NCBI GenBank assembly: GCA_963710755.1
Contig: CAVQBK010000003.1
Coordinates: forward strand, 512,001 to 576,000
Direction of reading: 5' to 3'
Source: an uncultured bacterium
GTDB lineage: Bacteria; Oederibacteriota; JAAXVQ01; JAUVAV01
Length of the DNA: 64,000 bases
Shown here in pieces: positions 1-10,300 of the stretch (positions within the stretch are counted from its first letter, which is position 1; each line of letters opens with the position of its first letter). Both the position numbers and the translations under genes were made by a program. The notes below the pieces were generated by a model that saw only the letters and a program-made list of their open reading frames with translations, was not told where the DNA came from and made no database searches.

Positions 1-2
1 CA

Positions 3-569
3 GGCACTGGCATCGTGGCCGCCGGTCTGGTTAATCAAGGGGTGCTCACCTTCAATCCCGATGGGTCCCTTAATGCTCAAACCGGGGCTTTAAGTATCAC
101 CACCACCAACGGCTCGACCACACCTTTGGCCATTAATCCTGATTTTACAGCCATGACTCAGTTGGCTGATCCGGATACAGCCACCCTCTTCAATCAGGAT
201 GGGTTTGCACCGGGCACCATGGTCTCCTTTAATATCAGCAATAGTGGCATTATCAACGGGGTTTATGACAACGGGATTGTGCAGACCATCGGCCAGATCG
301 CCCTGGCGCGCTTTACCAATAACTCCGGTTTGATGAAAGAGGGGGAGAACATCTGGTCTGAATCCGCCAACAGCGGCGTGGCCCAGATTGGGGAAGCCAA
401 CACCGGAGCCCGTGGCGGTATCCAGGCCGGGACCCTGGAAATGTCCAATGTCAATCTGGCTCAGGAGTTCAGTGACATGATTATTACGGAACGGGGCTTC
501 CAGGCCAATTCCCGGGTTATTACGACATCCGATGAACTGCTCCAGGAATTGATCAGCCTGAAACGGTAG
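3..569 (+). CDS. flgE: Flagellar hook protein FlgE, C-terminal part (5'-truncated by window edge)
   Basis: Rod/hook C-terminal signature GTLEMSNVNLAQEFSDMIITERGFQANSRVITTSDELLQEL; followed by flbD-motA-motB. Confidence 0.93.
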   Translation, partial: GTGIVAAGLVNQGVLTFNPDGSLNAQTGALSITTTNGSTTPLAINPDFTAMTQLADPDTATLFNQDGFAPGTMVSFNISNSGIINGVYDNGIVQTIGQIALARFTNNSGLMKEGENIWSESANSGVAQIGEANTGARGGIQAGTLEMSNVNLAQEFSDMIITERGFQANSRVITTSDELLQELISLKR

Positions 570-814
570 TATGTTCATAGGCGGGCAATAAGAGCTTGAA
601 CTCAAGCCAAGTTGCAAAGGACACAGAGTAAAGATCGGTGATTCGATTAATCCTTCTTAGTGCTTGGCCTGGGTTAAATTGTGGGGGTAAAGTTTGGACG
701 AACTAGTATTAAGCCCCTAGCAATGACATTGATCGACGCAATAGACCACTGCATGGCCGACACAGATCTTAATCGCGGGCCAGAACATGGCCGGCCAATT
801 TCGTGAGGTGCACC

Positions 815-1036
815 ATGATAGAATTATCCAAATTAAACGGCGACCGGATTGTGGTCAATGAACGCTGGATCGAAACCATCGAAGCTCTTCCGGATACCAC
901 CATCACCGTCAGTTCCGGCAACAAGTTCGTGGTCCTCGAACCGGTGGCCGTGGTAATGGAAAAAATTATCGCTTGGAAGATCAATGTCACCAAAAAAACC
1001 GGGAAAGCGAAACCGAAAAAAACGCTCGGGAAATAG
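815..1036 (+). CDS. flbD: FlbD/SwrD family flagellar protein
   Basis: MIELSKLNG...VVNERWIETIEALPDTTIT motif; GAGGTG SD before ATG 815; canonical position between flgE and motA. Confidence 0.9.
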   Translation: MIELSKLNGDRIVVNERWIETIEALPDTTITVSSGNKFVVLEPVAVVMEKIIAWKINVTKKTGKAKPKKTLGK

Positions 1037-1157
1037 CCTTTTTAGCAAGACCTGTGAGGACCGAGGAAAAACCAAAGCCTTGTCTTTAGAAGGGACTCAA
1101 GCCATCCGACACTAAGAAAAGGCAGGAGAAAACCATGCCGACAGGGAGCCAAAGGTA

Positions 1158-1943
1158 ATGGATTTTGCAACCATTGTGGGATTAATTATGGCCTGGGGAT
1201 CGTTGGTCGCCATTGTCTATATCGAAGGCGGCCATCTGGGGTCCTTATGGAATTTTGGAGCTTTTGTGCTGGTCATAGGCGGCACCCTGGGTGTCACGGT
1301 TGTGGGTTCTGACAAGGAAGATATCCGCTCCATTCCCACCATCATGAAAAATGCTTTTTTCTCCAAGCCGATCAAGGTGGAAGAAACCATCAGCATGCTG
1401 GTTAATCTCAGCAAAACCGTGCGCAAGGAAGGCCTGCTCTCCCTGGAAAAGGTGAGCGAGCAGATTGAGGACGACTTTTTCAAAAAGGCCATACAAATTG
1501 TAGTGGACGGTCTGGACGCGGAACAGGTGCGCGCCATATTGGAAACCGATATTGAGTTGCTGGGCGAACGTCATAAAATCGGCGCCAAAATCTTTGCCAC
1601 TATGGGCGGCTTTGGGCCCACGTTGGGTATTATCGGCACGGTCATGGGCTTGGTGCACATGCTGGCCAATATTTCCACGCCCGATAGCATGGGTCCGGCC
1701 ATTGCCTCAGCCTTTATTGCCACCTTATACGGGGTGAGCACAGCCAACCTGATTTACATTCCCATTAGTAATAAATTAAAACGACGCAACGAAGAAGAAG
1801 TGCACGCCCGAATGATCGTGCTGGAAGGCATTATTTCCATCCAGGCCGGAGACAATCCCCGCATCCTGGAAGAAAAACTCCTGACTTATTTATCGCCCAA
1901 AGCACGGATCAAAGTGGCGGAAAAAATCAAAGGGAGCAAGTAA
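1158..1943 (+). CDS. motA: Flagellar stator protein MotA/PomA family
   Basis: TM segments; RKEGLLSLE, GPTLGIIGTVMGL and AFIATLYG motifs. Confidence 0.96.
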   Translation: MDFATIVGLIMAWGSLVAIVYIEGGHLGSLWNFGAFVLVIGGTLGVTVVGSDKEDIRSIPTIMKNAFFSKPIKVEETISMLVNLSKTVRKEGLLSLEKVSEQIEDDFFKKAIQIVVDGLDAEQVRAILETDIELLGERHKIGAKIFATMGGFGPTLGIIGTVMGLVHMLANISTPDSMGPAIASAFIATLYGVSTANLIYIPISNKLKRRNEEEVHARMIVLEGIISIQAGDNPRILEEKLLTYLSPKARIKVAEKIKGSK

Positions 1944-1945
1944 GC

Positions 1946-2821
1946 ATGGGCCGGCGGAAAAAACAACATGAAGAAGAGGCCAATGAAGAGCGCTGGCTGC
2001 TCACCTACGCGGATATGATCACCCTGCTGGTGGCCTTTTTTATGATGATGTATTCCATGTCCGTACTCAACCTGGAAAAATTCAAACAAGCCGCCATGGG
2101 CATCAGATCCGGATTTAACGGCGCAGTGCCCGATGGTAAGAAGGACAAGGCCGGTGATTCCATTGTGGAACGCGGGGCGCCCAGTGCGTTTATTCCCAAA
2201 CCGGTCATTGCCATTGTCCCCGGCAAAGGGGTGGCGAAAAAAAGGGAGGAAGGTACGGGTGATGTTGGCCATAAACGGTCACACCGTGCCACCCCTAGAA
2301 AACCGATGGGTCCGCCCAAGCCGACGGCTGCTCAACTGCGCGCCCAGCGGGTGGGGGCCTTGACTGCCAAACTGAACAAGCAATTGGAAGGCCTGGTCGG
2401 CAAAGGCAAACCCGCTCAGGTGATCGGGGAGAGCAAAGGCGTGGCCATTGAGCTGATCGGCGACATGATTTTCTTTCCCAAGGACAGTGCGCAGCTGAGC
2501 GAGAACGCTAAAAAAATACTGGATGCTGTGGTGTCAGTGCTGACCACGCTGCCCAATGAAATTTCGGTGGAAGGCCATACCAGCAAATACGTCACCTGGG
2601 AAAATTCGCCTTTTGCCAACAGCTGGGAACTCTCCACCGCCCGGGCCATGGCGGTGGTCACTTATTTCATGCAATCCCATAAAATTCAGCCCCAGCGAAT
2701 TTCCGTCACCGGCTATGGCCAGTACCGGCCCTTGCATGAGCGATCCAAAGCAGCGGTTAAGAAAACACCGCCTGATCCCACCAAAAACGACCGGGTGCGG
2801 GTATTTATTTATCAGGATTAA
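1946..2821 (+). CDS. motB: Flagellar stator protein MotB/MotS family, OmpA-like PG-binding C-terminus
   Basis: WLLTYADMITLL TM motif with conserved Asp; VEGHT, NSWELSTARA, GYGQYRP, NDRV motifs. Confidence 0.96.
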   Translation: MGRRKKQHEEEANEERWLLTYADMITLLVAFFMMMYSMSVLNLEKFKQAAMGIRSGFNGAVPDGKKDKAGDSIVERGAPSAFIPKPVIAIVPGKGVAKKREEGTGDVGHKRSHRATPRKPMGPPKPTAAQLRAQRVGALTAKLNKQLEGLVGKGKPAQVIGESKGVAIELIGDMIFFPKDSAQLSENAKKILDAVVSVLTTLPNEISVEGHTSKYVTWENSPFANSWELSTARAMAVVTYFMQSHKIQPQRISVTGYGQYRPLHERSKAAVKKTPPDPTKNDRVRVFIYQD

Positions 2822-2925
2822 TTCCACGACTATTCCTGAAAAAGGGTTCTTCAAGGAAAGACCAAGGCTTTGTGACAGTTAAAATCTTTAAGGATAGTGG
2901 GGCATTTAACAGATGAGGCTTGAGC

Positions 2926-3483
2926 TCAGGTCCAAGTGAGCAAGTATTGGTAAGTGATGGCATTGTTCTCAGGATATTTTTTATAAGACACGGTAACGTT
3001 TTTACAGCCCGACAATTCTCCGGTGCGCTTGATCCAGCCGGCCACGGTAATCATCATTTCCTTGGAATCTTCCTCGAATTCTCGGATATAAAAAATAACT
3101 TTTTTGGGCTCCGTAAATTCAGGCACCATAATACCGGACGTGTAATGCTGGCGCCAAACTGCTGCCGCACGCTTGATGATAAATTCCACGGACCCCAATT
3201 TGAAAAATATTTTAGTGACCCCTTGCACCGCCAGTTCAGCCGAATACTTGCCGACGTCCAGCAATAGTTTGGAATCTCCTGTGCCCATGACTTGATCAAT
3301 AACGCGATGAAGCTGGGCATAATAGTCAAATGGATACCAGGCCGCCATGAGAATGCCGATTTCTATCTGCTTTTGCAGTTCAGGGCTTAATTTATCGATG
3401 ACCATCTGTTTCATCTGCGGGGAACCTTTGACTTCCGCGTACTTAAGCCGTGAAAGAATGGTACTGCCTTTGATTTTGCTCAT
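2926..3483 (-). CDS. DUF2378/TIGR02265-like (H-NOX/V4R-like fold) protein, paralog 2
   Basis: KIKGS...WYP...VGKYSAE...IFFKLGS...W.QHYTSG...GWI pattern; nearly collinear with the neighbouring paralog; start chosen to match paralog 1 (alternative 3489). Family name is tentative. Confidence 0.6.
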   Translation of the reverse strand: MSKIKGSTILSRLKYAEVKGSPQMKQMVIDKLSPELQKQIEIGILMAAWYPFDYYAQLHRVIDQVMGTGDSKLLLDVGKYSAELAVQGVTKIFFKLGSVEFIIKRAAAVWRQHYTSGIMVPEFTEPKKVIFYIREFEEDSKEMMITVAGWIKRTGELSGCKNVTVSYKKYPENNAITYQYLLTWT

Positions 3484-3531
3484 GGTCATGGTTCCTTTTC
3501 AGCAATTGCCCCGAAGAAGTAGACAGGGCGG

Positions 3532-4089
3532 CTATAACCACGTCACATCATATTGATAGGTCATACCGCTGGGTTCGCGGAATTTTTTATAAGAAATGGT
3601 GACGCTCCGGCCACCCGAGAGTTCCACGGTACGCTGGATCCAGCCGGCCACGGTGACCAGCATTTCATTGGAGTCTTCCTCGAATTCCTTGACCAGGAAG
3701 GTGACCGTCTTCTTTTCTCCGAATATTGGTTCCATCAAGCCTGAGGTGTAATGTTGATGCCAGACCGCACTGGCGCGCTTCATAATGAATTCAGGGGAAC
3801 CGAGCTTGAAAAAAATTTTAGTGACCCCATGCACGGCCAGTTCGGCGGAATACTTGCCCACGTCGAGCAACAGGGTTAGATCCCCTTTGCCCATCACTTG
3901 GTCAATGGTGCGGTGCAGTTCCACATAATAGTCAAACGGGTACCAGGCGGCCATAAGAATGCCGATTTTAATCTTATCCTGAAAGTCGGGGCTCAACTTT
4001 TGAATAACTTCGTCTTTGGTCTGCGCCGAGCCTTTGACTTCGGCAAATTTGAGCCTGCTGATAATGGTACTGCCTTTGATTTTACTCAT
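3532..4089 (-). CDS. DUF2378/TIGR02265-like (H-NOX/V4R-like fold) protein, paralog 1
   Basis: 185-aa ORF with GAGGTG SD; tandem duplicate of 2926..3483. Family name is tentative. Confidence 0.6.
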   Translation of the reverse strand: MSKIKGSTIISRLKFAEVKGSAQTKDEVIQKLSPDFQDKIKIGILMAAWYPFDYYVELHRTIDQVMGKGDLTLLLDVGKYSAELAVHGVTKIFFKLGSPEFIMKRASAVWHQHYTSGLMEPIFGEKKTVTFLVKEFEEDSNEMLVTVAGWIQRTVELSGGRSVTISYKKFREPSGMTYQYDVTWL

Positions 4090-4296
4090 GGGTCACCTCG
4101 CCGTAGGTGTGTGGTTTAAAATCTCCGCTGATCCAGCATTGGGTGCCCTTTCCAAGGGCAGGGATTTCCCCACTGCCACAAGTAACGGCATAGCCTGATT
4201 GTACCTTAATAACTTTCAGGCTGTCATGTGAAAAGCATGCTGGTTGGAATGTCTGGAATCAACTGATAGCAGCGCAGTAAAGGTAAAATAGTTTGT

Positions 4297-4326
4297 TTGA
4301 AAAAAAAACCGGGCTGATGGTATAGT
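4297..4326 (+). promoter_or_regulatory. Putative sigma70 promoter of the giant gene
   Basis: TTGAAA-N18-TATAGT with extended -10 TG (TGGTATAGT); GAGAGGTG SD before ATG 4372. Confidence 0.5.
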
Positions 4327-4371
4327 AATGCCCTATCCCAAAAGACCATTTTTGATGAGAGGTGTTCCACA

Positions 4372-7300
4372 ATGTCTCCAATGCCCACCAAGCGCCTGTT
4401 ATTATTAGCCAGCTTTCGTCATCCCCGCCGGCAGCGGAGATCAGGACTGGCCGCCATGTTGGTCATGGTCAATCTACTGCTGCCCCTTTTTTCCTGGGCT
4501 TTTGAACCTCCGGCACGTTTGTGGCCCCAGTTGGACCGCATAACATTTCAGCGACGGCTGGGGCTGCCAAAAGAAGCGGGCTCCATTTCAGCCCTCAGTA
4601 CGGGACAGGGCCCCATGGTCGTGATGATTGATGATCTGCATTGCCAGGAAGAGGTGCAGCGTCACATTGCCATGATCCTGGAACGGTTAAACACCACCAT
4701 GGGCATTACCCTGACCATGGTGGAAGGAGCCCACAGCCGGGTCAGGGTGGACCAGCTTTCTCAACTTTCCCAGGCTCGTGTACGTGAGAAAGTGGCCGGT
4801 TATTTCCTGACCCAAGGCACGTTGACCGGAGCGGAGTATGCCGCTATTAATTCCGCCGGGGCCATTGAGCTTCTGGGTATGGAAGACCAGCGGGCCTACC
4901 ACCGCAGCCAGGACCTGGCCAGGTCTTTTCTCACCTCAGCCTGTCAGGGTGATGTACTTGATCTTGAACAAGCGCTGCAGGATCTCAAGGGGCACCTCTT
5001 TCCGGCGCCTTGGCTGGCCCATGACCGCCTGCGTCAAGCCTTTCGCAACGGCACCAGTTCACTGCACCAATACAGCCTAGCCTTGGCTAAGGTCGGGCGC
5101 AAGGCGGGCCTTGACCTTAACGCCTTTCCCGCTTTAAGCCAGCTGTTAACCTCACCATCCCTTGCACATCATGAGGTTTTTGATCCTGATCAATTGCTGG
5201 AAGAAGATAATGCTCTGGAAAAAATTATCCGGGCCGGTCTGTCGGTCACACCGGCACAACGCACTTGGGAAGAAATGGACCAACGAGTGCAATTAATGCA
5301 AAAACTGCTCTCCATATCCGCCACCCCGGCGGAATGGCACACCTTCCAAAAACTTGGATCCACTCTTCAGGTGCCGGCCATCCTGGCTTTTATTCAGCAA
5401 CAAGATCCTAATCATCCCCTGCTCCTGGAAACGTCTTTGAACCATCTCGACCATGCCTTAAATCAGGCCCGGGCTTTCTATACCCTGGCAGACCGGCGCA
5501 GTGAATACTTTGTAACCAACGTGTTGGCGGCCATGCAAGCCCATCGTCAGCAGGCCGTGGCCGTGGTTTGCGGTGGATATCATCGCGACCAAATTTTGGA
5601 GGCTTTGAAGGCCAAAGGTATTGGTTATGTTAGCATCCGGCCGCACCTGGGCCGCGCCGACCGCCTCAACCCCTATTTCTCCCTGTTAAGAGAAGAACGG
5701 TCGGACCTGGAAAAATGGCTGATGAAAAATCAAACCCTTATGGCCCTGCCCACCACTTTCCTTCAAGGCGAAGGTGACCTGGCCACCCTGCTGCGCCAGG
5801 CGCCAATGGCGGTCAAGCTGGCCCGGAAAGAGCGAGCACTGTTCAAATTACAAGGGTTACTGGCAGAACTAATCGAACATCATGATAACAGCCAGGATAT
5901 GTTGGCCCGGACCCTGGCCGCCCAGGATGCTCTGCATGAGCCGACCTTGGCCATTGAGAAAAACGGTGTAATTTTGGATGCGCGCCGAACCTACTTCGCC
6001 TTTCCCCTCAAAACCTTGGGACTGGCCATTGTGCTTCACCGGCCCGGCCAAAGCAATACGGCTGCCTTAAGCCAGTGGGCCTTTAGCCGTAGCCTGCAAA
6101 TAGACCTGGTACCTATAAAAGTCCTTAACGCTCATTTAGCCTCTGTTGGCCACGGGCCATACTGGTGGCAACAGCAGGTTGTCCAAGAGTGGCAAAAACT
6201 GGCTGTCGCAGGCCAAAAAGTATTGGCCCAGATCCAGGCCTGGAAGACGCACTGGCTGAATCTGGCCACGCCCGAGCGGGAAGAACAATGGTTTCGCCTG
6301 CTGCCCATGCTGCTTTGGCATGTTGGTCTGGCGCCTGCCGGCGGGGTGCTCCTGGCTTCGGCGGCGATTTTTTTAATGCTCCATCGCCGGCAGCACTGGA
6401 CTCCCGGGCAATGGCTGGGCGCCACGGTGATGACCGCTGTGATCAGCCTGCTCTACTACAGTACGGCCTTGGCTGTATCCCTGGCCGGCGCCGGTCAAGT
6501 CCTGGCCGCGGCAACAGCCACCTTGGTTTCCTCCCAAAGCCATCGCTTGAACAATCAATGGCTGGCACCGCGCCTGCCACGGTGGCTGCCGGCCTTGTCG
6601 CTGGCTTCCCCTGATGCAAAGACGGACAAGCGATCAGCCGCACAGCTCACGGCTTCGGCTACAGCTCTACGGGAGGCCTTGATGGCCCCGGTGGTTAAAA
6701 CCATGATTCACATGGCTTCCTATCTCAACAGCGATCAGGGTAAATTACCGCCGGCCTTGGAGACCCAAAATGCGGGCTTAATCATGGCCAATAATATGAT
6801 GGAAATGACCACGGAAGCTGTGAAGGAAAATCTTATTCAAGTTAACCTGGGAAAAATCGTGCGGGTGTATAAATGGATGGTGGATTCGCTCGGTGCGTTT
6901 TGGCACAATTCCAATTTACCTCTGGCCCACTATCCTCTTTATTTCATTAAGCCTTCCAACAGCTCCCGCTATATTCACGGCCTGGATTTTAAAACCATCT
7001 TTTCGCGCTGGCCGCCGCGGGCGCATTGGAATGACCAGGATAAAGCTTCCTTGCTGCTCTACCTGCGCGAGCAAAAAGAAGTGCTCCATATCGATGAAAA
7101 GGTGACGCTTAATGACGCCATGGTGGCCTTCCGTCCCCACAGCCAGGAAATGGTGTTGATCCTGACCATGACCATCGACGGCCGCCGGCTGACCATACCC
7201 ATGGGGTATTTCACCAAACAGGAACAGCAACAGGCTCAGGGGCGACAATTTCTTCTGGGCGACCGCTTTGGCAATATTTTCTCCCCCCAGGGTGCGGAGG

Positions 7301-10300
7301 CCATCACCTACAACCTGGACCAGGATCAGATTAAGGCCATGGTGGACAGTGCGCATGCTCAGAACCAGAAAATTATCGCCAATTTTTATGAATGGCGGGC
7401 TCCTGAATATGTAACCGAAGAAAATTACCATCATTATTATCATCATTTTATCCCTGCCCAAGACCAGCGCGATGACGCGCGGCTGCTGCAGGACACCAAC
7501 CTCGACTGGGTGGTCCTCCATCTTTCCGGTGGCCGGCGCGTGTTGGTGGAGCGTGTCAGTGGCCATCATGGCCATCCCCTGTGGGCTACCCAGGACCAGC
7601 TGCTGCCCGATCTGGGTAAAAAAGACGGCACGCCTCAAGAACAGGACAATTACCATTATTGGAAACGAGTGTATTTGCAAAACCTGGAACAGTTGGCGAA
7701 CTGGGGATTTGATGGTGTGCGCGTTGACCTGGTCCATGGCTTTGGCCGGGAGGGTGATTACCGGATTTTTAAGGATCTGGTGCAGGAGACCATGGCCTAT
7801 GCCAAGGCTAGCCGGCAGGCGCGCTTTTATTTTTTTCTGGAAACCTACCCGGATATGTATTTTTATGACCAGCGTTTCACAGATTATTTTCGCGCCTGGA
7901 ATCAGGACCTGCCTTATGCAGCCATCAAAATATACCATGCCAAAATTGAACGTGAACTGGTGAATGCTAAAAATGGGGAACAGGCCTTGGATCAATTAAT
8001 GTGGACCCTGCACTGGCTGCTTAAACACCCGGAAGGCGCCACGGGTGAGCTAATTCCCATTGCCAGTTTTGATGATTATAGTCTTAGTGACATTGCCCGG
8101 CACAGCAACATGCCCTTGCCGGCCTTGCAGGAATTCATGCTTTTGCTGGGCAAAGCCGGCTACAACGTGCTGGCTGTGGACCGCGACTTAATGGGCTTGC
8201 AAGGCGAGCTGATTCCCACCGTACCGGGTGGTACTGATGATGGCGCAAGAAACGGACACTATGTGACTCACCGTGTGCCTGATCAGGAAGAATTACCTCA
8301 GTGGCTCAGCCGGGGATACACCGGGCTGTTGCAGCGTACCCAATTGCTGGAGTTGATGGAGACGGTTGATGACTATCCGGCCGTGGCCGGTATTGACGTG
8401 GACATTGCCGGCCGCACGGTCACCTTTACTTTTGCCGATCATCGCCAACGGCGCTTTAATTTTCGCGACCTGGGACGCGGGCAAATGCCAATCAGCACCG
8501 CCCAAGGCGAGGTTTGGGAGACACCCCTGCTGAGTGAGGACGCCCAGCGGGATCTGACGGAGTTGCAGCAAATAGAACAGGAATTGGCCGCAGCAGCAGG
8601 CCTGTCCCTAGAGGCTTGGCGCAATCTGGGCGCAGGGGTCAGCCAGGATGTGCTGGAGCAACACCATTTGATCAATCCTTTTGGCAAGGAAGGTTGGCAT
8701 AATTTTCTGGGATTCGTGAAGGGCATGGCCTGGGAACGTGCCGGCATCGGGCAGCAGCAAGTGGCGCCCTTCGATACCTACCTCGCCCGCCATGCCGACC
8801 AGCTGGTAGCCGATTATTTAAGCATGCGGGATATCCCTTATATTGTAGAAGGCAAATGGCAACAATGGAGAATTCTTGAAGCTACGGTCGCCATGGAACA
8901 CCGGGAACATGTTCGCCATCTTTGGCAGCAAGCCTGGAAAATCCGCACCACCTTGCTTAATGAAGCCCATGATCTGGACAAGGCAGCTGCCTTGTCCAGC
9001 GAAGCTCCTCCCGAACAGCCGCAGGTACAAACCATCCAACGGCCGCTGGTGGCCTCTTATTTACGGCAATGGATTATACGGGTGCTGGCTGCACCCAAAG
9101 CGCGTCTCTTGGCCCAGGCCTTGAGCTTCATCAACCGGCCCAATAAAATGCAGATCCTGATGGATCTGACGGCTCAGGCAGGCCAGCCCGGCACTACTTT
9201 ATGGCAGCAGGGGTTGAGTGCCATTTATCCTACCTTATCCATGTTTAACCGTCCTGAATTTCACGGCATCAAGGCCACCCTTTGTCTGGCCAAACCTTTT
9301 CTTAGCAAAGGTTCAGGCTTAGTGGACCAGGCGCGGGAGGTCCTGTGGCAGCCCTGGGAGGCCTTGGCCAATAAACAGGATTACCCTGCGCTGCGTGCCA
9401 TTATCCAAAAGTATGTGAAGGGGTTGAACCAGGAAGACCCACAAACCTTGCCCCTGCGCTTGCAGCTTAGTCTGCCCGAATGGCTGACCTATCAGGATCT
9501 TATGACCATTCTTCGAGCCATGCCTCAAGACACGCGGCAAGTGCCGGCGCTCAATGCCCTCTGGCAAAGAATCCTGAATGATTTTATTGTCTACTTACAT
9601 AATCGCAGTGACCAAAATCAAATTGACGGCCTGGACGAAGTTTTGAACAAAAAAAATTCCTACCGGCGTGCCCAGAGGCTGCTCCGATCCAACCTGCTCG
9701 ACCAGGGCACCTATTTCCAGGACTATGTGCAGGACCGGCTCAACCATGCGGAAACACAAGCGTTGTTTCGTGCCAGGGTCAAAGGCTTATGGATAGGTCA
9801 AATGGCCATGGACATTAATCCTGAACTAAGGGAACCGCATAAAACCCTAATAGGTCTCGATGAAGCTGGTGCGCCTCTTAGCACTACCGTGGATTTCTCC
9901 CGCCTTTATCTGTCCCATACCGATCTGACGGCCTTGGCCTGGGATGAAGCCCAATGCCTGGATTTGGTAGTGGACCAGATCAAGGTGATGAGCATGATTC
10001 CTGCGGCCGCCCGGCTGGTGGCCATCAATCCCATGGTCAAGCAGGCCCAGGATCAGAACATTTCTTTTAAACTGGCTTGGGAGCGCGAGGACCTGCGCCG
10101 CCAAAGCCTGGGGCTGATACCGTTGTCCCAAACAGGGCAGGTGGAAATCATTGCTGATCAGGATCTGGCTGATTCCAGCCAGGAAAAACCGGCCTTGAGC
10201 TTGCCGGTGAGTACCATCAAGCTTGAGGAAAAACATCTCAATGCTTCCCGCTGGGGCGAGCTCTATCAGCAAGGCTTGCGTCAGATTTTATTGCCCAGCG

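Noticed and set aside
1086-1112. Possible sigma28 promoter upstream of motA
   Set aside because: Both boxes (TTAG, TCCGACAC) match the consensus too weakly
6916-7995. 359-aa minus-strand ORF inside the giant gene
   Set aside because: Antisense shadow of the motif-bearing GH13-like region; no recognisable motifs
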